A stretch of DNA of 63,500 bases, counting the filler, from Collodictyon triciliatum (taxonomy: Eukaryota): the NCBI GenBank assembly GCA_043381765.1. It is 12 parts of 12 records of this genome, joined end to end, with 100 filler letters (N's around TTAATTAATTAA, not from the genome) between each part and the next. Parts side by side here need not be neighbours in the genome. Positions count along the whole stretch, not along the records: positions 32,706 to 38,108 come from JBHJMP010005276.1; positions 38,209 to 43,556 come from JBHJMP010005277.1; positions 43,657 to 49,004 come from JBHJMP010005278.1; 9 more parts are not named here. The stretch is one strand, 5' to 3'. This document shows positions 32,606 through 44,433 of this stretch, one piece after another (positions within the stretch are counted from its first letter, which is position 1; each line of letters starts with the position of its first letter). The position numbers and the translations under genes are program-made. Under the pieces are notes generated by a model that saw only the letters and a list, made by a program, of their open reading frames with translations, made no database searches and was not told the DNA's origin.

Positions 32606-32730
32606 NNNNNNNNNNNNNNNNNNNNNNNNNNNNNNNNNNNNNNNNNNNNTTAATTAATTAANNNNNNNNNNNNNNNNNNNNNNNNNNNNNNNNNNNNNNN
32701 NNNNNTTATTCGATTCAAAGTGTAGCGAGG

Positions 32731-32927
32731 TTATGCCATACAAAGGGGCGGGATGGGAGCGCATGGGAGAGAGCAAACGCGAGTAGGAGAAGACACTACC
32801 GTGGAGAGGGTAGCACTGGAAAGAATGAATACAGTATAGCGAGTTGATCGGGTGGGCGTCCCAACTGGTTGATTGGTTGCGTGGGTAGCAGGGGTTGGAT
32901 ATGCTGTGGGAGATATCTTACGACACA
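32731..32927. repeat. Dispersed ~200-bp repeat, copy 1 (copy 2 at about 54148-54338)
   Basis: Alignable by eye over ~200 nt, with an exact 28-nt core CCCAACTGGTTGATTGGTTGCGTGGGTA at 32860 and 54271. Confidence 0.8.
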
Positions 32928-33849
32928 TTCCCACATCTCTCTTCTTGTTGTTTATATAATCTATATACATATTTTATCATACATTTGAATTAATCATACA
33001 TCTAATGATATTTAATTATAAAACATTTATATTCCAGAAATGAACTAGTTGAATATTTTGGATATATTCATTGAATTATAAATTCTGTGAACTATGACAA
33101 AAGAAGTAAATCGACAAAACTTTCAATTCAGTGAATATGAACCAATTGGACAAAAAGTTCGTGTGGTCAATTCCAAATTTGGATGGAGGATTTCTGTCAC
33201 AATTTTCGAACTATTCAAAGAAAATTACCCAAAATACACCAGATTAAGGCCAATTTTTCCAATCTGTCAACTCGGCAATTATAGCGATTTTATGTAAGTC
33301 GCCTGCTATCTATACTATTTTCTTAGCGCACAACATAAGCGGACTTTTTTTTCAATTGCACTGCAGCATTTTCGGGTCTGTGCAAAGGTGTTTCTGTGTC
33401 GCATTTGTAATTGAAACATTCAATGACGGTGCACCATAAGTAAAATCATTATCAAGTATTTAATTATTAACATCTAAATAAAAATATAGTAACTAATATT
33501 ATATTTATCTATAATAATTAAATATGATCTTATTAATTTATTATCCACTTTTGTATAATTGACGCCAACATAACGATTTCCTATTGCGTGAAAACGGATT
33601 TCTGTTACACGCACCACAGGCTCGCGGAAGAATCAGCTTTTTTTCCTGCGACACAACCAATCAACGAAACCAGCAAACGGTTACTTTTTTCTTTTTTGCT
33701 CAAGATGGGGGGCGGAGCAGAGAATATGTTGTTTCTCCTTTATTCGGTTGAGGGTGCGATAGGGATGTGTGGGGATTGGGACAGAAATCAACAGAGGGTC
33801 AAGCGAATGCTACAAAACCCATGAAATGAACGGGGGAGTGGGGCAGTGG

Positions 33850-35747
33850 TTAGGTGCGGCTGGCTTCCTCGATGAGCTTCAAAACGAAGCGCGCCTGGAA
33901 AGATGGGAGCTCAAACGGTTTGGCCAAGAGGTCTTCCTTCTCCATGAGAACAATCTCCGCGCCGGTGATCTTATTTCTTCTAAAGACCCCGATGACGTCT
34001 TCGTTAGCATTCTTACTAGCCAGGTAGGCCAGGAGCTCGGCGTTGTTCATGTTTTTGATGGGGATACTGACGGAGCCCATCGTTGGAGTGGCCGGGACAG
34101 CAGCGGGATTGGAGATGATGCCCTTGAGCCCGGCCTCAACCTGTTGAGCGGTGATGCGAGTCTCGTACGTTCTCTCCCAGCATTTGTGGATAAGGGCTGC
34201 GAGGTTAGAAGGGCAGGTTGTGGGAAGAGGAAGCAGTTTACCGCTCATGACTCCTGTGCCGACCTGGGGGTCCGTCATACCTTCGTACGGATACTCACCA
34301 CTTAGCATGGACCAGAGAACTACGCCGTACGAGTAGACATCGCTGGGCAGCCCCATGCTCTTGCCGATCTCGAAGGCCTCGGGCGGCGACCAGTTTGTTG
34401 AGCCTTTGAAGCCGCTCGCCGAGTTGACTGAGACGCCGCTCTTTGCAAGGCCGAAGTCCGTCAGCTTGGCGACGCCGTTCACAAGCAGGACGTTCTCGGT
34501 CTTGAGGTCGCGGTGCTGGATGGGCCTTGGCTGCGTGTGCAGGTAGACGAGGCCCTGGATGATGTGCAGCCCGTACTTGAGGGTCAGGTCGATGCTGAGT
34601 GCCCCTTGCTTCTTGACCAGTGAGCGGAGGTCTCCGTCTGCAAACTCCATGACGAGGAGGAGGTCCCTGCCGCGGAAGCCAAAGTCGAAGAGTTTAATGA
34701 TGTTAGGGTGCTGCAGCTCGAGCATCATGTTGCCCTCCTTCTCCGGGTCGGTGCCGTCGGTGGCGGTGAGGGACGCGTCGCTGATCTTCTTGACGGCGTA
34801 GAAAACTGCCTTCAGCTGCACCTTGAAGACCATCCCGAAGCCGCCCCTGCCCAGGACGTTTTCTCGCTTCTCAAAGTCCATTGTCAGGAGGTCAGCGAAG
34901 TTGCCGCGGGCTAGGCGGCTGGTTGGGGCGGCGTAGATGCCGGACTGGATGTTGGGACTGGCTGCAACCTGTGTAGGTGGAGGGTTTGTCAGGTAAGTCT
35001 GTTAGCTTTTCTAGCTTCAGCTGCGGTATCGACATAGGGTTATGTTAGTTGTGTCCTGTGTTGTGTATGTGGGGGTTGGGGGTGGATGTGTGCTTACGGG
35101 GTCGTAGAGCTGCAGAGCGCGAATGTGTTGGTAGTTCATGTGATGTGTGTTATTCCAGCAGGGGAGATTTGAGATGCCACGCGGGGCTCTCTTTATGGTT
35201 TGTGGGCTTCCCCATTCGATGTAGAGATCTTTCAGATTTGTGAGTGCCGTGATCTGTGCTGGAAGCTCCTCCATCTGTGTGTATCGTTGTCAGTCATTTT
35301 CTTTTAAGCATAAATAGTAATAATATATGAATAAAAACATACCGGATTGTTATAAACATAAAGTCCACTGAGACCAGTCAAACACGATATTTGTGCAGGT
35401 AGTGATGACAGCTGATTGTTATTAACACAAAGTACACTGAGACCAGTCAAACACGATATTTGTGCAGGTAGCGATGACAGCTGATTGCGTTGAAGACCCA
35501 ATGCTGTGAGACCAGTCAAACACGATATTTGTGCAGGTAGTGATGACAACTCATTGCAATGAAGATACAATAGTTTCAGACCAGTCAACAAAAAAACACC
35601 AGGCGGCACAGATGACAGATTATTGCCACCGAGATTCAGAGATGTGGATCGTTTTAGACTGGCAATATCGGCATAGCGATCCCAAGTGAGTTTCCGGACT
35701 TCTTCCATCAGTGCATCCACTTGGGCAGGTGTGAGATAGTCGGACAT
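33850..35747 (-). CDS. LRR - TKL-type protein kinase - SAM-like domain protein (3 or more exons; upstream exons possible)
   Basis: Exon 35343-35747 has 23-aa LRRs (NQLSSLPAQISCLTGL). It splices via exon 35098-35274 in frame to a kinase with GRGGFG, YAVKK, HRDLKTEN, DFG, WSPPE and DVYSYG. The C-terminus ELLAYL...VFRRNKITGAEIVLMEKEDL resembles SAM. Confidence 0.85.
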
Positions 35748-36525
35748 CTGGACAGATTCCGGCTGTATATATGGGTAGACTGACTGTGTGTCAATACAAT
35801 ACACATCATTTATTTGTTTTATGAGTGGACTTGCCAATCACACAGGACAGAATAACTCGAGTCAGGACGGTAGGGTTGTGCACACAGAGATCAGAAAGTA
35901 CTTTGTGAATAAGAAAAGTGGAGCAGGGATTTCGACAAGACGACGTTAAATATCCCGCAAAGGCCGGCGGATTTTTCCGAGAAGACGACTTGTGCAGAAC
36001 TTGTGTGCTTGTGCTTCCTTGGAAATTCACCGGTTCGGGGTTGGCCACAGCCAAGGTTGACCTCTTGCATCGAAAGTCTTGGGAATAGCCGGGTGCTTGT
36101 CGCGTGCGTCACCGGGCGTCACCAAAGAACTGGGAATTGCCATGGGTCTGGGAATACTGGGGGTGGCCACATGAGTCGCGTTGGTGCGGAGGAGTTGCTG
36201 CATGTTCGTGGGTTTCCTGAATCACCTGCACGGATGCGTCTCTTTGTGCTAAGTCCGGGGTCGCTGCGGTTGGAGAGTGGCCGAAATTCTGCAATCAGAA
36301 ACTGCAGAATGCACATTGGAAAATGGATTGTCGAGACTTTATTATGGGTTCTTTGGTTATTGAAAAGCTGAAAAAATGCTAAGTGTTTTCGAATTGTTGT
36401 AATTGTAAATGGAGAAAATAAGAGATTCTCTTAATGATAAAAAATGTTTGTGTATGGGATACTCACCTGAAGTCCTTCGCGTCTGCACATGGACAGGAAT
36501 ATGTTGTGTCTCGTGTCTGCGATTC

Positions 36526-38108
36526 GACTTTGTTGCTCAATAATCAGGGTATTGGGCTTCGAATGTTCACATAACCGCACACATATTGTACTATTTACTT
36601 AAGTAAATTCAATTTTTTTGTTCTATGTATGAATAAGCCTTCTATATGAATTATAATAAAATAAAACATCGACTAAGTATATGCAAGTACAATGCAAAGT
36701 GCTCGAAGTGAAAGGCAAAATAGAATATCTGATTGCTTAAGACTTACAGTTTTCGTATTCCGGCATAGTGGAAAACCTTGCAGTCTTTGCGTGTGAAACA
36801 GACTTTGTTGCTCAATATACAGGATATTGGGCTTCGAATGATCCCCACAACTAACACATAATGCTATATTATGACAAGGAAAATTCAATTTTTGTGCTCT
36901 ATGCATGAATAAACCTTCTATATGTATTATAACAAAAAAAAACATCGACTAATGTATAGAGGAAAAAACCAAAGTTCTCGAAGTGAGAAATAGACAATAA
37001 AATATCTGATTACTTAAGACTTACAGTTTTTGTATTCGGGCATAGTGCAGAGCTTTAGCAGTATTTGTGTGTGAAGCATACTCCATTGCTCAATAATCAT
37101 GGAATTGGGCTTCGAATGTTCCCCATATCTGGCACATATGGCACTATTTACACAAGAAAAATTCAATTTTTGTGCTCAAAGCATAAATAAACTTCTATAT
37201 GAATTACAAAAAAAACATCGACTAGGTTTATGCAAGTACAAAACAAAGTGCTCGAAGTGAAGAGATAATAAAATGAAGTATCTAATTACACAAGACTTAC
37301 GGTTGTCGTATTCGGCATACTGGAGAGCCTTGCAGTATTTGTGTGTGAAGCAGACTTCGTTGCTCGATAAACAGCAGGATATTGAGCTCCGAATGTTCCA
37401 CATAGCCCGACACATATCGCACTATTTACACAAGAAAAATTCAATTTTTGTGCTCCATGCATGAATAAGCCTTCTATATGAATTATAAAAAAAACATCGA
37501 CTAATGTATGCACTTGCTCAAAACAAAATGCTCAAAGTGAAAGGCAAAATAGAATATCTGATTGATTAAGACTTACAGTTTTCCTATCCGACATAGTGGA
37601 GAGCCTTGCTGACTTTGCGTGTGTGAAGCAGACGCCATAGCTCGATAAATAGGATATTGAGCTCCGAATGTTCCACATAGCCCGACACAGACTGCTCTAT
37701 TTACACAAGGGAAATTCAATTTTTGTGCTCTATGCATAAATAAACCTTCTATATGAATTATAACAAAAAAACATTGACTAATGTATGCACTTGCTCAAAG
37801 CAAAGTGGTCGAAGTGAAGATAAAAAAACATCTGATTGCACAAAACTTACGGCTTTCGTATTCCGGCATAGTGGAGAGCCTTTGCGAATTGAGTGTGAAG
37901 CAGACTTCACCGCTCAATAAACATATAATTGGGCTTCGAATATTCATAGCCGGACACATATCGCACTATTTAAACAAGAAAAATTCGATTTTTGTGCTCA
38001 AAGCATAAATAAACTTCTATATGAATTACAAAAAAAACATCGACTAGGTTTATGCAAGTACAAAACAAAGTGCTCGAAGTGAAGAGATAATAAAATGAAG
38101 TATCTAAT
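36526..38108. repeat. Tandem satellite array, unit about 267-280 bp, about 5.7 copies, runs off the contig
   Basis: The anchor AACAT(C/T)GACTA recurs at about 36665, 36942, 37214, 37494, 37770 and 38036. Shared blocks include GCTCGAAGTGA, CATAGTGG, GGGCTTCGAATG and AAATTCAATTTTTGTGCTC. Confidence 0.95.
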
Positions 38109-38389
38109 NNNNNNNNNNNNNNNNNNNNNNNNNNNNNNNNNNNNNNNNNNNNTTAATTAATTAANNNNNNNNNNNNNNNNNNNNNNNNNNNNNNNNNNNN
38201 NNNNNNNNGTGTGGGGACAATATCTACACGGGTTGCGTGGTGGTATGGCTGAGTGCAGCGAGAAGCAAACATTTTGACTACACACTGGACGCTCTTCCAA
38301 TAACCTCACGTCTTTCTGAGGTGTACCTGTTGATTAGGATTTATCGGGGCCCCATTGAGCTTCAGATGGGAGTAGAAGGCAGGCACCAA

Positions 38390-39873
38390 TCAGACATGAA
38401 TCTTTGATGTGTAGGTCTGATATGCTGCAATCATGATGTCAGGGATGGGATTTCCAGCCAAGTCAAGATCGGCAAGGGAAGGTAGATTGAGTATAGAGTC
38501 TGGAAGCGAGGTCAGGGCGTTGTGGGCGATGTTCAGTTCAGAAAGGTTGGATAAAGTGGATATCGCATCGGGAATGGAACTGATATTATTGTGCCCCAGA
38601 CGGAGGCAGCATAGATTGGGCAGGCTCTGCAAAGCGCGGACGGTGTGTGTCCCCAGTACCTGACGAGGAAAGAGTGTGGGATTGTGGGAGAGAGACAAAG
38701 TCATCAGAGATTGAAGGGATGAGAATGTTTGGGGGATATCTGTAAGGCTGTTGTGGTGGAGGTGTAGCTGCCGAAGTCCTCTGCATTGCGCCAGGGTGGG
38801 TGGAAGCTCTGCAAGCTGGTTAAAGCTCAGGTTCAGCTCGCCAAGCAGGCTCAGGCCTGAGAGTGATGCGATGGTGCTGATTTTGTTCATGGACATATCT
38901 AGTTCCCTGATAATTATGATATGTAAGTGGCTTTCATATGAAAATAAAGTAAAGTGCGCATACAATATCCATGTAAGTATTTTATTTATTTTATTTATAT
39001 TTTTTTTATTCCTTCAATAAAAAGGACTCATTTTTTGTGTATCTAAATAGAAAAGTGATAAATGAAAGGAATCGCAGAGAAGCAGCAATACTTTAATACA
39101 CTCATATTTTATATATTTTTTTTTATTATCGTTCTTTATCATAAAGATAAAAAAAGATGATATGCGTTACACGTGAGGCATGAAGACTACTGATGTTAAG
39201 TAATTTTTTTTTGGAACCCGAAACAACAAAAACATGGGTATTGAAAGGGAGAAGAATCATAGTCCAAAAAGATATACCTGAGATTAGACAAGCGTGTGAT
39301 CTCGGCAGGGAGGACAGATATGTTATTCTCGTAAAGAAAGAGATAAGCTAGGTTCGGTAGAAGTGTGAGAGGAACTGGAAAAGCTGTGAATAGGTTGCGC
39401 CCAATCTCGATGTAAGTAAGACTGGCCAACATGGTGACTTCCAGGGAAACATTTGCAAGTCGATTCCCAGAAAGATGGACACTTGTGAGATGCACCAAGG
39501 AATATAGAGCGTCTGGTATAGAATCCAGCTCACATTCACTGAGATCAGCGTCTTCGGTCTCGTGGCACTCTTCCAGCCTAAACATGCGTATGTGAGGTAA
39601 AACCATATCATGCGCTTTTTTCACATATTCGGCATTGCGATGGGTTCTGGCTAGCCATAGCCCCAGCAAGTCAGCTTTGAGGATGTTGTGGGTGTTGTCG
39701 AATTCTATGAGGGAATCGTCGGCAATTTATGGGCTAGGGAAGCATGAAGAATACCGCTGTTCAATGTCCTGCTCGCTGGCCTCTTGGCAGTATAATTCAA
39801 GGTCGTCCAAGGAGTTTGCCACAATCTGGTCGATCTCCTCGTCCAAGAGATGAGAGTGCTCGTTTGGATCCAT
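38390..39873 (-). CDS. Leucine-rich-repeat protein (LRR_8/SHOC2-like repeats), 3 exons
   Basis: ATG at 39873 (MDPNEHSHLLDEEIDQ). A GT-AG intron with a CTGAC branch site leads to THRNAEY..., followed by LRRs (LxxLxLxxNxLxxLP) in ORFs 39196 and 38390. Confidence 0.8.
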
Positions 39874-40148
39874 AAAGAAGGATGGCTGTTGGTCCGGCCG
39901 TGAAACAATATAAAGAAGCGATGTTCTTGTGAGGCCGAATGGCGGTAGAGCATAAAAATATCATAGCGAGAATGAGGGCAGACTTAGTCTTGGCTCAACA
40001 TTATTTATACTATTACTATTTGAAAAAAAGAAAACCAATAGAATAACTGCCCCTTTGTTGCCCTGAAATTATTTTTGTATAGATTGCTAGGTTGTTGAGT
40101 TTTGTAAAGGGGGCGGTGCAGACAGTTTTAATTTTATTTTGCGTTGGA

Positions 40149-40739
40149 TCAGCTGTTCCACGGGGCGTTGTGGGGAAGGATTTCGGGAAGCAAATCAGAC
40201 TCAATGGCAACAATCTGGGCGGGATTGGAAGGAATATTAGTTGGGATAGTAATTGGTACGCACAAAGAGTTTGAAGAAATACCCATGGTTTGTAAAGTTT
40301 GCGTTAGGGATCAGGCGGGTGTAATCAACATGAAATACTTAAAACTCACATACCTGGTTATCAGATAAGTCGACAGATTCCAGCTTCGACAAATTGAATA
40401 AATAATCAGGTAATTGCGATAACTATTTATATATATAATTCTTATTAGGTTGGCTTTCTTGAATAAAACATAACTGGGAGGTGTAATATCATTTTGGATA
40501 TCAACAATGTCGATGATTACCAAAATCATTTGCGTTCATTTTCTGTATTTTAAAAGCTAATGAACAATAATAGTAACTATAATGACAATAGAATATCGAC
40601 GAGTACACTAGCACACATGAATACCAGAAACAACTTTATCTCTTTAAAACTCATTACGTTATTCTTGCAAAGGCAAAGTTTCTCTAGGTTGGTTAATAAT
40701 GTGATGGACCCAGGAAGATGAGATATCTAGAGTGAATCC

Positions 40740-40831
<92 letters not shown>

Positions 40832-43270
40832 ATAAAGAAACCGTAAGTAGATAAACGAAAGGTGGTGCTAGAGCTGCGACAAATGACAATAATGTAATAT
40901 GGTGGCCATAAAAAATTGGCATCTGTTCATCAAAGATTTATTTGTTTCATTCATGTTTTCCTCTTTTTTTCTTTTTTTCTTTTTTTTTTTTAGAAAAAAA
41001 TATAGACATGTCCAATAATATTGACTTAACACCTTATTGTTTGAAATATCGATAGATTTAAGGCTTTTCCATGACTCCACCAGATTAGTTATATCACCAA
41101 TTGCTTCTCCTGAAAGACTCTCATCAAATAAATCGAATTTTGGACCACTGGCCAGATTCAGATACCAGGGAAGACTACATATCTCGTGATGAGCGCGGAT
41201 CATTATGTTGTCAGAGGAGCTCAGTAAAAAGCAATCCAGCTGCTGTAATTTTGAAATTCCATGAGGTAGAACCTCAATCTGTATAATAGTAATAATAAGA
41301 ATAATAAAGTAGGGTATAATTTTTTCTCAAGAAAGATGTTATTACTTTAATGTAACGCAAACATTAAAATAAAACATAAAATGATAATTAATATAGTAAT
41401 TATAAAATACATTTACCGTGTTGAACGATGCACACATGAATCTTAGATTACAAAGGTTAGATATCCATGTTGGTATGCATGATATTGTATTAAAATCAAA
41501 AAGAATATTTTTAATCTTTGTCATATTTGATAACCCATCAGGAAGTTTTGATAGTCTGTTAGAAGCAAGATTTATGGTGATCAGTTTATCCATGCACGAT
41601 ATACCTTGTGGCATTTCAAATAGTTGATTATATTGGAGGTTAAATGTTTGAAGGTGTCTTAGATTAGAAACGTGTCTCGATATACTTGAAATACGATTTC
41701 TTGTAGCAGTGAATTCCCTTAGTTTTCTCATAATCGAAATTCCACATGGGATGGTAGAAATTTCATTGTCATTCATACATAGTATTTGCATATGCTTGGC
41801 ATTAAAAAGTCCCTGAGGGAATTCACAGAGTTTGTTGCTGTTTATATTAAAGTATGTGATTTTTGATGGGAATGAAAACGATTCAGTGAATTCTGAAATA
41901 AAATTATTGCTCAAGTCCATGTGCCTGAGTTTGCGTAGCATAGAAACCTCATCCGGTAGGGTTGAGATCATATTTCTCGATACGTCTAGAAAAACCAGGT
42001 ATGAGATAGTTGATATTTCGCGGGGCAAGCTGGATATGTAATTCTTGTTTAGTTGAAGAAAACTGATTCTTTCAAGGGTCAGTATGAGACCAGGAAGATT
42101 GCTAAATAGGTTTCTTGCAATCCTTAACTCTTTTAAATTTTCCATACAAACTTTTCCATACTCTAGTGTTGCTATAGAATTTGAATTCAAGTTTAATGAC
42201 GATAGACTTGAAAGAGTAAAAACGGAAGCTGGCACATGGCTCATCTTATTTCTATTCAGATCAAGATGAACCAATCTTTCCAGAACTGATATATGGTCAT
42301 CTACCATATTTACATTATTTATACTCACATCAAAAATTTTCAAACCAGTCGGTAGCTCTACGCCGCAATCAATTTCTTTGAGTTTGTTTCTCTTTGTATT
42401 GAAGGAGACCATATTTGTAAGTTTAGATACGTCCTCTGGTATTTTTGTGATTTGATTCCCTTCAAGATTTAGGTGGGTAAGTTGGTACAATTCAAAAATC
42501 CCTGCTGGAACAGATGTAAAATTATTGTACTTGATATCAACTTCAACCAGGCTAGTCAAGTGAGATATCTTATCAGTCATACCATTTAAAGCATTATTGC
42601 ACAAATTCATATGTAGTAGACCAGTAAGTGATGATATCCTGTCACCAACAAATCCAATATTATTTTTAGCTACACTGAGCTCTTTTAATGAGGTTATGCT
42701 ATAAATAGACTCGTTGAGTTCTGAAATGCAGTTATTGTTCAAGATAAGTCTAATCAAACTTGTCAGACAAGATGACGACTTTGGCGTATACATCAATTTG
42801 TTATACTCCAAAGAAAGGCAAGACAGCTGCGTAAATGTAGATATGTCGTCTGTTAAACTAGAGATTTTGTTATGGCCTAGGCAAAATTCCTTCAGACCCT
42901 TTACCAATGTTGCATATAGTGGTATTTGAGAGAGCCCATTTCCAGAAAGATCAAGCTTTGTTATATCAACTAGGATTGATATTTCAATTGGAAGGTGTCT
43001 TATTTTGTTGTGATCAAGATAAAGTTCCCTTAAATGCACGAGATGAGATATCCACCTTGGCAAGGAATCCAATTGATTTCTCGACAAAACCAAGACTTCA
43101 ATATGGGGCGACACCGCAACCCAATCGGGGAGAGAACTAAGCCTTCTCCCACCTAACTGTACAGTGACAAGTGACATCATTGGGCTGTCTGCCTCGTTGT
43201 CTTTCGGGCTCATTTTAGACAAGAAAGATCCTATGGTTGGGCATGGCTCATTTCCATCTTGGTCGTCCAT
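40149..43270 (-). CDS. Long leucine-rich-repeat protein (about 30 LRRs), 5 exons
   Basis: A first exon of about 620 aa made of continuous 23-aa LRRs, then exons IEVLP...ISNNK, ISHLPGSITLLTNLEKLCLCKNN (40658-40726), LSQLPDYLFNLSKLESVDLSDNQ (40354-40422) and a short terminal exon whose stop is less certain. Confidence 0.85.
40738..40831. repeat. (CAA)n microsatellite, intronic
   Basis: Directly visible trinucleotide repeat. Confidence 0.95.
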
Positions 43271-43657
43271 GTCGGTGAGGATCTTCGTCTATCTGTGTGG
43301 CAGGCTTGTCCTTCAGAAAGTAAAACTTTGGAGAAAAAAAAGGATTTGTGATGGATTATTCATACTGGGAACATTGCCCTCCTAGACTTTGCTCTTTACA
43401 CATACACTATTTTTGCCATGTTTTGTGTTGTATCGTTTTGTTTTTGTTTTTGTTTTTGTTTTTGTTTTTGTTTTTGTTTTTGTTTTTGTTTTTGTTTTTG
43501 TTTTTGTTTTTGTTTTTGTTTTTGTTTTTGTTTTTGTTTTTGTTTTTGTTTTTGTTNNNNNNNNNNNNNNNNNNNNNNNNNNNNNNNNNNNNNNNNNNNN
43601 TTAATTAATTAANNNNNNNNNNNNNNNNNNNNNNNNNNNNNNNNNNNNNNNNNNNNA

Positions 43658-44425
43658 CATGATTCTAAAACATTTTATTCTTATGTACCATATACAATAG
43701 AAGATACAGATGAACCACTAGGTGTAGCAGACCCAACACCGCAAAGAAAATTAATGAGTCCTAAATCTTCAAAGTTTTTCTTTAGAATGCAGAAAGATAA
43801 ACCTACAGAAGATACACCTACACAAGAAGATACTGCAACTCCTATCCCTGAAAGCAGAGAACAAAAAAGAGAAAGGATACAAAAAGAATTGCAAGAAAGA
43901 CAAAAACGAGAATCTAGCGCTATTATATCAAATGTTAGAGGAGCCGAAAATGTTGTACAAGGGGCTAAAAGTAAAGTAGATCTTGAAAAAGTATTTCAAC
44001 GAGAAGAACCTGTAGTTATTGATGATAATGAACCTGTTTTTACACCAGATAAATCTATTATTTCTGCTCAATCAGGTGAAGAATCATTGGGCTCTTTTCA
44101 TTCTATGGATTCATCTACATTTCAAAAGCCAACGACCCCCTATGTTTTTTCACCAAGTCTGCTAAAGCCAGTGTCTATGTCTGGAGGAGTAGGTCAGCCA
44201 GGTAGACGAACTTCAGTTCCAGCTGTAACAACAAAAGCCATTGATTTAAGAAAAGAAAAATTTGGTACACCAGAAGGGACAATTGATACAAGTCTATATC
44301 AACAAGGTCTCAGAAGCTATCAGGGCGGCAAAATAACACCAGAACAACTAAAACCTGTTACATTCGCAGATACTCCCGTTCCAAAACCTCAGACACACAG
44401 ACCTCTCCACCTCCACCAGACTTAA
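43658..44425 (+). CDS. Viral hypothetical protein, N-terminal part (open from contig edge); probably one gene with the next ORF across a frameshift
   Basis: The frame is open from 43658 (HDSKTFYSYVPY...). The sequence is low-complexity and Pro/Ser/Thr/Lys-rich, and overlaps an open -1 frame from about 44398. Confidence 0.7.
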   Translation, partial: HDSKTFYSYVPYTIEDTDEPLGVADPTPQRKLMSPKSSKFFFRMQKDKPTEDTPTQEDTATPIPESREQKRERIQKELQERQKRESSAIISNVRGAENVVQGAKSKVDLEKVFQREEPVVIDDNEPVFTPDKSIISAQSGEESLGSFHSMDSSTFQKPTTPYVFSPSLLKPVSMSGGVGQPGRRTSVPAVTTKAIDLRKEKFGTPEGTIDTSLYQQGLRSYQGGKITPEQLKPVTFADTPVPKPQTHRPLHLHQT

Positions 44426-44433
44426 GAAATGAA

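Noticed and set aside
33769-34914. Plus-strand ORFs over the kinase exon
   Set aside because: Antisense shadows caused by GC-rich codon usage.
36526-38108. Possible CRISPR array or repeated coding exons
   Set aside because: Whole units are homologous with no unique spacers, no cas genes are present, and no reading frame is conserved between units.
39640-39760. In-frame TAA in the LRR gene (PSP*IADDSLIEF), suggesting readthrough or a variant genetic code
   Set aside because: A canonical phase-2 GT-AG intron (CG|GTATTC...CTGAC...GCCAG|A) removes it, and other genes here use TAA, TAG and TGA as normal stops.
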